Assembly (NCBI GenBank): GCA_963514005.1
Contig: OY740818.1
Location: 13,330,001-13,394,000, forward strand
Direction: 5' to 3'
Origin: Raja brachyura
Taxonomy: Eukaryota
DNA: 64,000 nucleotides
Position 1 is the stretch's first letter. Every line of letters begins with the position of its first letter. Below the pieces are notes generated by a model. It did no database searches. It was not told where the DNA came from and worked only from the letters and a program-made list of their open reading frames with translations. Below, one piece after another: positions 1 through 11,987 of the stretch. Position numbers and translations under genes: made by a program.

Positions 1-523
1 ACCTGTTTCAAATGATCAGTCAGTGCTGACTGCACAGTGATTAACGCCCAGCCGGTGACCTACTTACAGATGAGTTATGGCTAAATGCCATATGACTTGC
101 CTTTACACAACTTAACACTGAGCTTCAATTTCAGCTTGACAAACAGAAATTTATCTGGATATATTTTTAAAAGCTTATTCTTTTGCTTTTTTTATTACTT
201 TGCCAGATGAGGATGTTATTGGTTGCTCTGGCTTAATTAGAACAAAGTGGTGAAGTGCTGCCTTGAACTGATGAAGATAGTCCTTCAGTATTGTTGCAGA
301 TTGAGTCTAGCTGATATGTTCAATACTGTTCATCCATTTCTTGACTTTTCCTATTTCCAGGGCAATAGGTGTCCTATCTGAAGAGAGATTGAGTAGGCTA
401 GGACCTTTGCAGGATTTCGACATTACTGGCAAGGCCAACATTTATTGCTCATGTCTTGCTGGTCTTAACAGAGAAATTGATGGTGAGCCACCCACAACTG
501 TGTGGCTTGCTAGACCACTTGAT

Positions 524-1385
524 ATTGGTTTATTACAACGTGTACCGAGATAGAGTGAGAATCTATCATCCTGTACATGAGCACAATCAAGCCATATGCA
601 AGTACAGCAGATCGTGCAAAGAGAAAAATACCAGAGTTTAGAACGTAGTGTTCCAACATTACAGTTTTGTTTCAGAGAAGAAGTTCAAGGTCAGCATTAT
701 GACAGGTTGGAAGGGCGGGTCCACACCCTTATATTATGACCGTACTGTTCAGTAGTCTGATAATTGTGAGGAGAAAGCTGTTCCTGAATCAAGTGGTACA
801 TGCCCAATGGAAGAAGGGAGAAGCGGGAATGACCGGGCTGAAAAAGATTCTTAGGTTGACTGCTTTCTCAACGCATGCATGAAGAGTGGATGAAGTTGAT
901 TGTTGGGAGGGTGGAATGTGTGATAGACTGGGCTGCATCCACAACACTGCGATGTTTTGCAGTGTTGGGCAGAGGTATTGCCAAACCAGGCTTTGATGCA
1001 GCCCCATAGTGTTAAGAGTCAATGGAGCCTTGCTGACCTTCTCCAGTCTTAGAAGAGGTGTTGGTGTGCTTTCTTGACCATAGCTTCAATACGGTTGGTC
1101 CAGGACAAGCTGTTGGAGATATTTATACCCAGAAACATGAAGCTCTAGAAGCACTGGCACCATTAATGCTGATTGTGTTTTGTACTCCACCTCGCTTCCT
1201 AAAGTGAAGAACTAATTCCATCATCTTGTAAGATTGAAGTAGAGGTTGTCTTAATACATTCTACGTTCTTTCTGTACTATATTCGTCATTGTTGATCTCT
1301 GGCCCACCTCAGTCGTCATCTGCAAACTTGTAAATGGAATTAGACCAGAGTTTAGCTACAGGGTCGTGAGCGTATAGGGAGTATA
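524..1385 (-). mobile_element. Degenerate Rex1/Babar-like LINE 3' fragment
   Basis: Resembles the better-preserved copies at 22597-23020 and 50875-51150 (gaaagctgttcctgaatc; tttatt at the tail end). Confidence 0.5.
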
Positions 1386-1439
1386 AGAAGTGTCTTCAGA
1401 GAGCATTTGAGTTAACCAGATTGGTGTATCTGGAATCAG

Positions 1440-1715
1440 GCTAAATAAGTATGGCTACTCTGGAGGTCAAAGTCTTAGAATAAGAGATGGGCTATTTATG
1501 ACTGAGATAAGAGTGAGAAATCTATGTAATTCTTTATCTCAAAGGCCAATGAATGTTTTTATTGAGTTTGGTCAGTTTTCTAAATATTAAGGGAGTTCAA
1601 GTATATGGGAACAATATCAGGAAATGGCACTGAGGGGTAAGAGATCTGGCATGATTTTAATGCTGATAGACCACTCTCAAAACGACTGAGTTACCTGCTC
1701 CAAGTTACTATATTT
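1440..1715 (+). mobile_element. Old CR1 LINE 3' fragment
   Basis: agtcttagaataaga...gactgagataagagtgagaaatct...aattcttt aligns loosely with the CR1 3' end at 11160-11460. Confidence 0.45.
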
Positions 1716-2712
1716 CCTTGTATTTAGTCATTTTTGAAATTGAGGCTTGAATACCTGTTTAGTTTAACTCTGCTCTGGCTGTATCTTTCTTCTACATCTG
1801 TCTTCGATATTCTTTATCAACGGGGTATTTGCACTTTCCAATTGTATGGTTGCTGGAGAACATAGGGATAAGAGGAGGAGTGAGCCATTTGGCCCCTCAC
1901 TGCCTGCTCATCATTTGACGCTGTCACAGTTGATCTTTTACCACAGCACCACCTCTCTGCATTAATCACTTGATTAATTTAATAAACTGTTGAATTGCAA
2001 ATTATGGCACCACTTTGCTACTACTCTCCTGAATCATGGTACTTTTTTTTTGTGAGCAGCCCGATCAATATTATGACATTTCACAAAGAAAATAACTGTT
2101 AAAAGAAAATCCTGGCGTCAAATTAGCAAGATGAATATTTTTTTTAAATACAAAGATCAAGACCCTTTTTCTGATCCTGGTAGGTATTTCAAAGCCCACC
2201 ACAGTACTTAATTAGCAAATAACTGTCAGTGTAATTGCAGCTCGTGCCATACCAGATTGCAATCTTGTTTGTGGCACATAGTTGTAATTTGATGTTTGAG
2301 AGCATGTTTCTCATAGCAGCGAACATAGGTATAAATTATGTATAATGCAGTGTTTCAGGATTTTATTTACTTTTCAATAACTAACCAGATAAAGTAGGAT
2401 CATGACCACATCTTGGGTTTGATGCTCAACGGCTCATGCAAGCCAATAATATTCCAAAATAAGCATTTCCAAATCTAAACTTAGGTTATTTTTATACATA
2501 ATTGGACTCCTTTATGCCACAAATGATTTTCCTGCACTCTGCACCATATATAATCTTCGTTGAGAGGAAACAGTGGGTGGTATAATGGCACAGCAGATCT
2601 TGCCTCCCAGTTACAGTAACCAGAGTTTGTTCTTGAGCTTGCGGGGTACACTTATAGAGACAGAGGAGGCTGCAGAAAGAGGCTGAATCAGATCACAGTG
2701 ACCCAAAAAAGA

Positions 2713-2826
2713 GGCATGCTGCAGACACTGGAATCTGTAACAAAAAATGTAGAACTCAGCGGTTTAGGCAGCATCCGAGAAGGGAAATGGGTAGTCAATG
2801 TGCCGGGTCGAGATCCTTCATCTAGA
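2713..2826 (-). mobile_element. Degenerate Penelope-like terminal fragment
   Basis: gaactcagcggtttaggcagcatc...cgggtcgagatccttcat is similar to the other copies; hammerhead core decayed. Confidence 0.6.
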
Positions 2827-3241
2827 ATTGGGAAGGGAATGAAAAGAACTGATGTGCATGAAAAAAGGGAATGGATTACAAATCAATAATTGGGTCAGTG
2901 TGATTACTGTGAGATCCAGCAACGACGAGATGGACTGAAAGCCTCTTGTTTCATAAAGCAGTATAAAATAACAGAACTAAAGAAAATAAGGAAAATATTG
3001 ATTTGTCATTTAATGTGCTTTATTTTTAGCGTGATCTTCCTCTTTCTAAACAAGTGCCAGTTGTTTTCAGTTTCAACTTCAGTATGGCTAAACATTTACC
3101 ATAACATTCTCATTATTACAGTTGATGAGGCCAGTTGCATAACTGTTGGGTTACATGCGGTAGTTGAAGCTTTCTCTGTGTGCACCACTTTTGTCAGACA
3201 TTTTCTTCTTAACCTGGTTATAACTTGGATTTTGCTCATAG

Positions 3242-3394
3242 GTCGTAGCCACCACAAATGAAACTGCTCAGAAGGATGAAGGAGTCTTCAAAGCACCACC
3301 TCCTCCTCCCCGCGTGATCAAAACTGTAACCATACCAACCCAGCCATACCAAGACATTGTGACTGCACTGAAATGTAGGAAGGAAGATAAAGAG
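3242..3394 (+). CDS. WAPL: WAPL coding exon 1 of 14 in window (gene starts upstream of the window)
   Basis: tttgctcatag|...|gtattg; 153 nt; [51 protein letters not shown] matches the vertebrate WAPL sequence I recall. Confidence 0.93.
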
Positions 3395-3608
3395 GTATTG
3401 GTCTCATCTCCTCTCAGATTAACTTGGCTGATAAAATTGTACTTGGAGGTTGGCGGGGATTTCTGCAAAGCTTGTAGTCATTGAGTGTTCATCCAAGCTG
3501 CTCTTTTATGAAGTGTTAAAACACAGAAAATATTTTGCGTTGCTCATAAGTTGTAAGATCTCAGTACAGTTTACATTGTATTAACAATGTAGTCCCAAAT
3601 GTATATAT

Positions 3609-4195
3609 GAAGGAACTGCAGATGCTGGTTGAAACCAAAGATAGACACAAAAAGCTGGAGTAACTCAAGGGACAGGCAGCATCTCTGGAGAGAAGGAATG
3701 GGCAACGTTTCGGGTCGAGATCCTCTTTCAGACTAATGTCAGGGGGGAGGGAAATGGATAAGGAAATGTGAAGGTGTGAAAACAGGGCAAAGGGAATGGA
3801 GATCAAGGAATTATGTAGACTAGATCATTGTTAGCTGGGCGAAGGTAACAACAAAGCAAACAGATAAAATGTAGTCGGAGACAGTAAGACTGGTCCGAGA
3901 ACTGGGAAGGGGGGAGGGATGGAGAGAGAGGGAAAGTAAGGGTTACTTGAGGTTAGAGTAGTCAATGTTCATACTGTTAGGTAGTAAGCTGCCCAAGCAA
4001 AATATGAGGTGCTGTTACCCTAATTTGTGCTGGGCCTCACCCTGACAATGGAGGAGGCCCAGCAAAGAAAGATAAGTATGGGAGGGGGAGTTAAAGTGTC
4101 CAGCAACCAGGTTCGGGCAGGCTGAACCATACCAAGACATTGTGACTGACCATTCAGGTGGTCAGCTAAATGATCACTGAGTCTACCCAAGGTCT
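3609..4195 (-). mobile_element. Penelope-like element 3' fragment (end of GIY-YIG endonuclease plus 3' terminus with hammerhead motif)
   Basis: Minus strand 4062-3943 translates LGLLHCQGEAQHKLG*QHLIFCLGSLLPNSMNIDYSNLK*, like the E-x-x-[LW]IFxLG[ST]LxPxG[LM]N end of Penelope endonucleases; altered hammerhead core near 3704-3731. Confidence 0.75.
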
Positions 4196-4214
4196 AGTGT
4201 GCCAAGTTAACTCT

Positions 4215-4692
4215 AGGTGTATTGTGCCCAGTTTGGGTCATCCTGCTACAGAAAAGATGTAAGCTGGAAAGAGTGCTGGTAAGATTTACAAAGCTGTTGC
4301 CAAGACTTGAGGGCCTGAGCTCAGGGAGAGGTTGACCAGGCTAGGACTTTTATTTTAAGTGCAGGGGGGGTGAGAGGTGATCTTATAGAGATGTGCGAGG
4401 CCATCAGGGGAATAGATGGGGTAGATCCACAGCCTTTTCCCCAGAGTAGAGGAACCAAGAAACATAGGTGTTGTGATGGCGGGGAGGGGAAAGATTTAAT
4501 AGGAACCTGAGGAGCAACTTTTTCACTTGGAGGGTGGTGGTTATATGAAGCGATTTGTGAGAGGGGGTACGTGAGGAAGGTACTATAATAACTTTTAAAA
4601 TACATTTGGTATGTGGATATTAAAGGTTTAGAGGGATGTGGGTCAAATGTAGACCCATGGGCTGAATGGTCTGTTTCGGTGCTGTATGACTG
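4215..4692 (+). mobile_element. Degenerate CR1 LINE 3' fragment
   Basis: gtattgtgcccagtttgggtca...gagaggtgatcttatagaga corresponds to YCVQFW...RGDLIE of the CR1 ORF at 10542. Confidence 0.75.
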
Positions 4693-4751
4693 ACTCTATT
4701 TTGCATTTAGCTGTTGAAATTCTAAGATACTGGTTTGTTCGTGTATTTCAG

Positions 4752-4888
4752 TTGTACACTGTGGTCCAGCACGTGAAGCACTTCAATGATGTGGTGGAAT
4801 TTGGAGAAAACCAAGAGTTTACAGATGACATTGAGTACTTGCTCAGTGGATTGAAGTGCTCTCAGCCTCTCAACACACGCTGCCTTAG
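4752..4888 (+). CDS. WAPL: WAPL coding exon 2
   Basis: tttcag|...ag|gtatgt; 137 nt; [45 protein letters not shown]; start of the WAPL helical domain. Confidence 0.97.
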
Positions 4889-5239
4889 GTATGTTGCTGT
4901 GCATAGAGTCCCACTATTTCGGTGCTCTTCATATTGGTTGATGTATTCTTTGTGATTATTCTATTCAATATACAGCAGATTTGGTTGGTGTCAATATACT
5001 GCAGATTTTACCTGCACTGTGTGAGGGATTGAGGGAGGAGATTAGTGTATTGATTGTACAGAAAATGGCTCTGTTTGTCACATACCGAACTGGAAATTAT
5101 ATCTCTGCGATTTATTGAATGGGTTCACTCAGGTATTCGAGTTTTAGGAGTGTTAATATTTCATCAAATTAGATTGTACGTTCTAGTCTCACACTGTAAT
5201 ATATTTATAATGCATATATTGATGTATGCATATATGAGA

Positions 5240-5378
5240 CCTTTGTACAGGTGCATGGATAGAAAAGGTTTAGAGGGATATGAGCCAAATACATGCAGGT
5301 GGGACTAGTGTGGATGGGGCCTCTTGGTCAGCATGGGCAAGTTGGGCTGATGGGCCTGGTTCTATGCTGTGACTCTGA
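5240..5378 (+). mobile_element. CR1 3' tail fragment
   Basis: ggtttagagggatatgagccaaat...gggcctggttctatgctgtgactct, same tail type as 4620-4692. Confidence 0.6.
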
Positions 5379-5574
5379 CTGTTACCATATATTGAGCAAT
5401 AGAATGGCCCTTCAACACAGTTGAAAGGGCAGTGCTGTGTAAATTCTTGTCTGTATGTTGCAACAGAAAGAAGAGATTTTTTGGGGTCCAATTTGAGCTT
5501 TCTCTGTGTCCTGGCCCACATTCTCCCTTGACCAGCATTTGCAAACTTATTTAACTGCTCATCAATTTAATTAA

Positions 5575-6820
5575 AGTTAGACACAAAATGCTGGAGTTAC
5601 TCAATGGGTCAGGCTACATCTCTGGAGAAAATGAAATATAGTGTGACGTTTCAGGTGGGGGCCCTTCTTCAGACTGATTGTCGGTGGGGGGGGGGGGGGG
5701 GGAGCAGAAACAAGAAACTATCCGTGTGGCAGAGTGGCATAACGGTAGGGCTTCTGCCTTACAGCGGCAGAGACCCGGGTTCAATCCTGACTACGAGTGC
5801 TTGTCTATACAGAGTTTGTAAGTTCTCCCTGTGGCCCGTGTGGTCTTTCTCCAAGATCTTCAGTTTCCTCCCACACTCAAGACGTACAGGTTTGTAGGTT
5901 AATTGCCTTGGTATAAATGTAAAATGTAAAGTCCTTTGCGTGTGGAGGGTGGTATTAAAGTGCAGGAATTGCTGGTCGGTGCTCGGTGAACCGAAGGGTG
6001 CGTATCTCTAAACTACACTTAAAATAAAAAGTCAGGGCCAGCTACAGATGACCTCGGCCAATTGTTGACTCGGGCCAATGTGATCCCAAGGAATCATTGT
6101 TGTAAACTGTGGAACAGGTTAACTGACCTTTAGTGGAGGAAGAGGATGGCAAGAGGGGGGGAAAGTGAGAGGAGGGAAGGGAGTGTAGAAGTTACCTAAA
6201 ATTAGAGAGTACAACATTCATACTGCTGGATTGTGAGCTAGCCAAGCAAAATATGAGGTGCTGTTCCTCCAATGTACGCATGGCCTCGCTCTGAAAATGG
6301 AGGAGGTCCAGGATAGAAAAATCAGCATGGGAATGGGCAAGTGGGTTAAAATGGTCGTCAACCAGCAGAGCCAGTGAGCCTTGATGAACCGAGTCAAAGT
6401 GTTCAGCTTACAACCCAGTGATATGAACTTGAGCAGCTTAGAACCCAGTGGTATGAATGTTGAATAATAATTTTAGTTAAGTTTTACATTTACATACCCT
6501 CCCCTCCCCCATCTCCTCACATTTTTTCCCCACTTCCTCCACTAAAAGTTGGTTAACCAGTTCCACAGTTCATAAGGATGTATCCCTGTTGGGATCACAC
6601 CATCCTAACCAACAATTGATCTGTCAGGGAACCACCCTGCCTGAGGTTGTCTGTTGTTTGTCTTGGTCTTCCAGTTCTCCCCTACCCTCTCTACAATCAG
6701 TCTGTTGAAGGCTCCCGACCAGAAATGGCACCTGTCCACATTCTCCAGAGATGCTGCCTGACCCGCTGAATTTCTCCTGCATTTTGTGTTTATCTTTGGT
6801 ATAAACCAGCACCTGCACTT
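5575..6820. mobile_element. Penelope-like element with inverted duplicated 3' terminus (minus arm ~5575-6400, plus arm ~6405-6820)
   Basis: Minus strand ~6310-6193 reads LEEQHLIFCLASSQSSSMNVVLSNFR*; the arms share inverted terminal sequence (acacaaaatgctggag / ctcctgcattttgtgt); interrupted by a V-SINE. Confidence 0.75.
5722..6022 (+). mobile_element. tRNA-derived V-SINE (HE1-like)
   Basis: A/B-box-like head (gtggcataacgg, gggttcaatcc), V-domain-like gagtttgtaagttctccc...gtttcctcccacac, tail gtatctctaaactacac. Confidence 0.8.
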
Positions 6821-6867
6821 TTTTTTTTATTACATTAGGGTCAAGTGTTCAGAATAGCTTTAGAATA

Positions 6868-7022
6868 TGCAAGGTCGTGGATGATTTTGAGAGAGTTAGA
6901 TATAGCTCTTCGGGCTAACGGTGCACTGATTTTGGATGATCAGCCATGATCATATTGAATGGCCGGGCTGGCTCAAAGGGCCGAAGAGCCTACTCTTGCA
7001 CCTATTTACTATGTTTCTATGT
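6868..7022 (+). mobile_element. CR1 3' tail
   Basis: gatgatcagccatgatcatattgaatggc...aagggccgaa...tatgtttctatg as at 11370-11462. Confidence 0.8.
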
Positions 7023-7289
7023 ACGCCATAAATAAAGTACTTTGTGTTCCCACATCCTTCACAGCATCTCAAAGTTTGATTATTGCAGGTTTGTATTAAA
7101 AGAAGTGTGTGTGTCTGACCATCTAATTCAAGTTAAATTTTCTTTCCTATCTGATCATCTGGTTGATGTTCCCTGCATTCAGACAGACGATCATGCTGGA
7201 CCATTTGTTGTCTGTGTTAAACTGTGCCAGTACAGTTGATACTAGTGAAGCATGACGGTATCAGGAGATTGAAATTATTGTTGTAGTAA

Positions 7290-7503
7290 AGGGCCTGTCC
7301 CACTTGGGCGTCATTTACGCGACATGTACACGTCAAGACGCACGGCGCGTGTGTTGTGACGTGCACTTGATGTGCGCTTGGCATGCGTTATGCGCGCATG
7401 GCACATCAGCAATCTCGCGTGGCGCCCCAAGATTTTGGGATTCACAAAATCTTCGCCCGCCACCTGCGTGATGCGTAAATGACGCCCAAGTGGGACAGGC
7501 CCT
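7290..7503. mobile_element. PIF/Harbinger-type MITE
   Basis: 31-bp perfect TIR agggcctgtcccacttgggcgtcatttacgc; TAA on both flanks (7287-7289, 7504-7506); CpG-rich interior. Confidence 0.85.
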
Positions 7504-8246
7504 TAACTCTGCTGATTCAGTATTAGAAGCAGATTGGAGACAACCCTGCAAGCAGCATAAATGTGTCAGAGAGGCACTGGATAGAAATAGATTTAAACCA
7601 ACCGTCCCTTAATCCTATCCTTATGCTAAAACCTCACATGCTGTGGTTCTTTGATCATGTTCACACCATTCTGTGCTCTTTATTACAGATCCTTCACCTT
7701 GTTTCAAGTCTAGTTTAAAACCAGTTACTTTTATGTTTGTTTGCATTTCAGCGATGATTTAGATGCTTGTGTATTAAACTGCCAGTAATCTGATATCACC
7801 ACAGTGAGCAAATCTCTGCTTAGTCATTGTGTACTAATTAAACACAGTACCTGGCAAATCCAGCTTGGATATAACTAAAAATAACATTGTTCGTGGCAGT
7901 CGCAGTGCAGCTCACAGTAGAACTTGGTCCTGTATCTTGTTTATTGGGTTGCAGAGTAATTGTTTTTAAGATAATCTTGCTTCATTGGAGAATTTGTTTT
8001 TGGAAGAGATGATGGCGCAGTTCACTTTCAATCAATTTAGCAGCATTAGTACACAGTATCTCATTGTACATCAGTGCCAGTTAATATGTAATGCTTTGTG
8101 TTATATCAGTGCCAGTAGCATTTAAAAGGCCAGGGTTAATCAGTGCCTGTGCTTTCTATCTTCAATCCTTGTGGCTGTTTATTTAAAATGCTATCCAGCT
8201 GGTTGGAAGAAGTGTAAATGAATTGCTGTTTCCCCTTGAAGAATTG

Positions 8247-8557
8247 GGCAGCAGGATGGTGGTGCAGCGATAGAGTTGCTGCCTTGCACCGCTTATAGCA
8301 CCAGTGACCCGGATTCGATCCCGACTACGGGTGCTATCTGTACGGAGTTTGTACGTTCTCCCCGTATCTATGGGTTTTCTCCGAGATCTTCAGTTTCCTC
8401 TCACACTTCAAAGATGTACAGGCTTGTAAGTTCATCGGGTTGGTCTAAATGTAATTTGTCCCAAGTGTGTGTCGGATAGTGTTAATGTGCGGAGATCACT
8501 GGTCGACGCGGACTCACTGGGCCGAACGGCCTGTTTCCGCGCTGTATCTAACAAACT
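8247..8557 (+). mobile_element. tRNA-derived V-SINE (HE1-like)
   Basis: ggtgcagcgatagagttgctgcctt...ggattcgatcc...ggagtttgtacgttctccccgt...gggccgaacggcctgtttccgcgctgtatct. Confidence 0.85.
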
Positions 8558-8713
8558 AATTTTTGTAAGTCTCTGAATGGTGGGAAGGTAAGAGGTTTAA
8601 AGAGCAAGTGTTGTATCTGGCATGGTTGCACAGGAAAATACTGTGAGAAGGGGAGTGGCTTGTGAACATTCGTTTGAAATAAGATGTGGAGACAGCTGGA
8701 AATAAAATGTGGA

Positions 8714-9058
8714 GACAGACTGTAGATGCTGGAATCCAAAGTGAAAAACAAACTACTGGAGGAATTCTCAAGAAGGAACTGCAGTTGCTGGAAAATCGAA
8801 GGTAGACAAAAATGTTGGAGAAACTCAACGGGTGCGGCAGCATCTATGGAGCGAATGAAATGGGCAACGTTTCTGGCCCAAGAAGGGTTTCGGCCCTAAA
8901 CGTTGCCTATTTGGGTGAATTCAGTGGGCCGAGCAGCATCTGCAGGGGAAAAGGAAAGTCGTCACTTTGGGTCAAGACCCTTCACCTGGACCAGTCAAAT
9001 GCCCATTTCCCTCCACAGATGTTGCCTGGCCCACTGAATTCCTCCAGCAACTCTTTTC
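8714..9058. mobile_element. Nested Penelope-like fold-back fragments (younger copy ~8768-8915 inside an older one)
   Basis: Older copy is split at gaattc, which appears on both sides; the inner copy ends in an inverted hammerhead half (ggcaacgttt...aaacgttgcc). Confidence 0.7.
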
Positions 9059-9589
9059 CTGCAGGAGATGTGTTGAAATTCCATTGAAGGGGAGTACAAG
9101 GGAAGCTCTATTCCAACTGTAAGGGAATAAGAGAGAGCAGGAAGTGAATACACGGATTAACCTTGTCAAACCCCTGGAGAAACAGGATGGAAAGAGGTGT
9201 ACTCTAGTTACCTGTGGGTCGTCAGGATTTTAATGGGTATTAATTCCCAATTTCACTGAAATGTGTCGGGATGTATCAAATAGAAGAGTGGCCCATGGTG
9301 CACTTGAAAATGGGAATACATTGGAAATGGGTTGCAAAATTATGAAACCTTCAGAGGAATGTGAATTTCTTCTCGCCTTTAAACAATTTCTCCCTTGATC
9401 CCTCCCACTTCAGATAAATTAAAGCTGTAGCTGCGAGCACTCACATGGGTCCGAGCTATGCCCGCCTGTTAGCTGCCTCTGGTGATTGTTGACCACAGCA
9501 TGTAGTAGCTGAACAGCTGCCTCAGCAGGATGTAGAGTGCTGTCATGGTGACTTATTTCTTTCAGTCTTTGGCCTTCATGCCCAGTGTA

Positions 9590-9895
9590 TGCTGAAGGAA
9601 CAGCACTTACTATTCTCAAGTTGGGCACATTCTTGCCTGAGGGGTGAATGTTGATCTTAATTTCAGATTTACATTTTCTCACCTCTGTATACATGTACAT
9701 GTCTGCATATTTCAATTCGCATCCATTCTAACCCTTCCCTCTTAATCTTTTAAAAATGCTTGTTTTCTCACATCTCCAATTTTGATGGAGTCCTAGACCC
9801 AAAGAACTGACTCTTATCTCTCCATAGGTGTTGTTTAACCTGCTGAGTGCTCACAGGACTTTGCTTTGGTCTCTGATTTCCGGCATCTACTTTTT
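9590..9895 (+). mobile_element. Old Penelope-like 3' fragment
   Basis: gaaggaacagcactt...ttgggcac...tgaatgttga (EEQHL...LG...NV remnant) followed by a decayed terminal motif (acctgctgagt...ggcatct). Confidence 0.55.
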
Positions 9896-9998
9896 TTTTG
9901 TTCCGGTGTATAAGTTGCTGGTTTGGTCCTATTGCCAATGTGCACACTGAATGGGCTGGTGGCTCCTTTTTAAGTCTTGCATTTGATTTGTCTTTCAG

Positions 9999-10110
9999 TA
10001 TTATCAGCTTGGCCACCAAATGTGCCATGCCCAGTTTCCGAATGCACCTGAGAGCTCATGGAATGGTAGCCATGGTCTTCAAGACACTAGACGATGCACA
10101 AAAGAACCAG
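9999..10110 (+). CDS. WAPL: WAPL coding exon 3
   Basis: tctttcag|...|gtagag; 112 nt, phase matches previous exon; (S)[37 protein letters not shown]. Confidence 0.97.
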
Positions 10111-10514
10111 GTAGAGTCTCATTGTTTAATGTTCAGATGAAGTGTTAATGACAATTATTCTGGTGTATCATTCCAAGTTCCAAAATACCTCCAAGTATTG
10201 CTAACATAAACTTGTACTGAATCACATGTGGTTAAACAGATTGGGTTCCAGGAAGGATTTAAGAATAGAAAGTATGAGAGATATCAAGGGGTGAATGCTG
10301 GAGCTTGGCGCCTTGGCAACAAATGTCGGAGTGATCAAAATCAGGGGGGTGCTCAGAAAGCAGAACTGGAGAGTCCAGCGATATGTTGGTTAGAGGGGAT
10401 TCTCCCAGTGTCCACATGGGCTTCCTCCGGGTTATCCGGTTTCCTCCCAAATCCCAAAGATGTGCGTGTTTGTAGGTTAATTGGCCTCTGCAGATTTCCC
10501 TTCGTGCAGGGATT

Positions 10515-11462
10515 GGATATAGGGGGGTATAGTTAGGATATATGGGGGGTATAGTTAGGTGTGAGGAGGATGCTTGGAGGCTGCAGGGTGATTTGGATAG
10601 GCTGAGTGAATGGGCAGATGCATGGCAGATGCAGTACAATGTGGATAAATGTGAGGTTATCCACTTTGGTGGCAAAAACATGAGGGTAGACTATTATCTG
10701 AATGGTAGCAGATTAGGTAAGGGGGAGATGCAACGAGACCTGGGTGTCATGGTACACCAGTCATTGAAAGTAGGCATGCAGGTGCAGCAGGCAGTGAAGA
10801 AAGCAAATGGTATGTTAGCATTCATAGCGAAAGGATTTGAGTATAGGAGCAGGGAGGTTCTACTGCAGTTGTACAGGGTTTTGGTGAGGCCACACCTGGA
10901 GTACTGCGTACAGTTTTGGTCTCCAAATCTGAGGAAAGACATCCTTGCCATAGAGGGGGTACAGAGAAGATTCACCAGACTGATTCCTGGGATGTCAGGA
11001 CTTTCATATGAGGAAAGATTGGATAGACTCGGTTTGTACTCGATGGAATTTAGAAGATTGAGGGGGGATCTTATAGAAACCTACAAAATTCTTAAGGGGT
11101 TGGACAAGCTAGATGCTGGAAGATTGTTCCCGATGTTGGGGGAGTCCAGAACAAGGGGTCACAGTCTAAGGATAAGGGGGAATTCCTTTAGGACCGAAAT
11201 GAGGAAAACATTCTTTACACAGAGAGTGGTGAGTCTCTGGAATTCTCTGCCACAGAAGGTAGTTGAGGCCAGTTCATTGGCTATATTTAAGAGGGCGTTA
11301 GATGTGGCACTTGTGGCTAAAGGGATCAGGGGGTATGGAGAGAAGGCAGGTACGGGATACTGAGTTGGATGATCAGCCATGATCACATTGAATGGCGGTG
11401 CAGGCTCGAAGGGCCGAATGGCCTACTCCTGCACCTATTTTCTATGTTTCTATGTTTCTATG
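10515..11462 (+). mobile_element. Young 5'-truncated CR1 LINE, inserted into a V-SINE (SINE halves ~10405-10514 and 11463-11565)
   Basis: Uninterrupted 273-aa ORF2 C-terminus (10542-11363: LQGDLDRLSEWA..WQM.YNVDKC, RPHLEYCVQFWSP, RRLRGDLIE, TRGH), 3' UTR and (tttctatg)n tail. Confidence 0.95.
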
Positions 11463-11762
11463 AAAGTGGGATAACATAGAACTTGTGTAAACGGGTGATT
11501 GATGGTAGATCGATGGACTTAGAGGGCTGAAGGATCTGTTTCCATGCTATATCTCTAAACTAAACGTACAAACTTATACACAAGATAGTGTTTGCAACCA
11601 TTTTGGTGACATTGCCTTTAGTAGTGTCTATGTTTTTGTTGCCTGTAGGACGTCCGTGCTCCCATACCCCTAACGAGAATTTGGTGTCCATGCTCATTGT
11701 CCTACTTTAGTCCGTGTGTGCCCATTTGTTGAATCTGTCATTTTTTTGTTCTGGGTTGTCAG

Positions 11763-11987
11763 AATCTAGCTCTTTGCACGGCAGCACTAATGTATATCCT
11801 GAGCAGAGATCGGCTGAACATGGATCTGGATCGAGCCAGTCTGGACCTGATGATTCGCCTCCTGGAGTTGGACCAGGAGCCATGCTCGCGTCAACTGAAC
11901 GAGAAAGAAATGAAAAAGATAAAGGAGAAAATCCGCAAGCTCTGCGAGACTGTTCACAACCGGCATCTGGACCTGGAGAATATCACG
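11763..11987 (+). CDS. WAPL: WAPL coding exon 4
   Basis: ttgtcag|...|gtaaga; 225 nt; [36 protein letters not shown]...[16 protein letters not shown]. Confidence 0.97.

Noticed and set aside
8247-8330. tRNA gene (A/B boxes)
   Set aside because: It is the head of a V-SINE; there is no cloverleaf and it continues into the V-domain and LINE-like tail.
10542-11363. Longest ORF (273 aa) as a nested host gene
   Set aside because: It is the CR1 ORF2 C-terminus with a CR1 3' UTR and tail, and decayed sister copies lie nearby.
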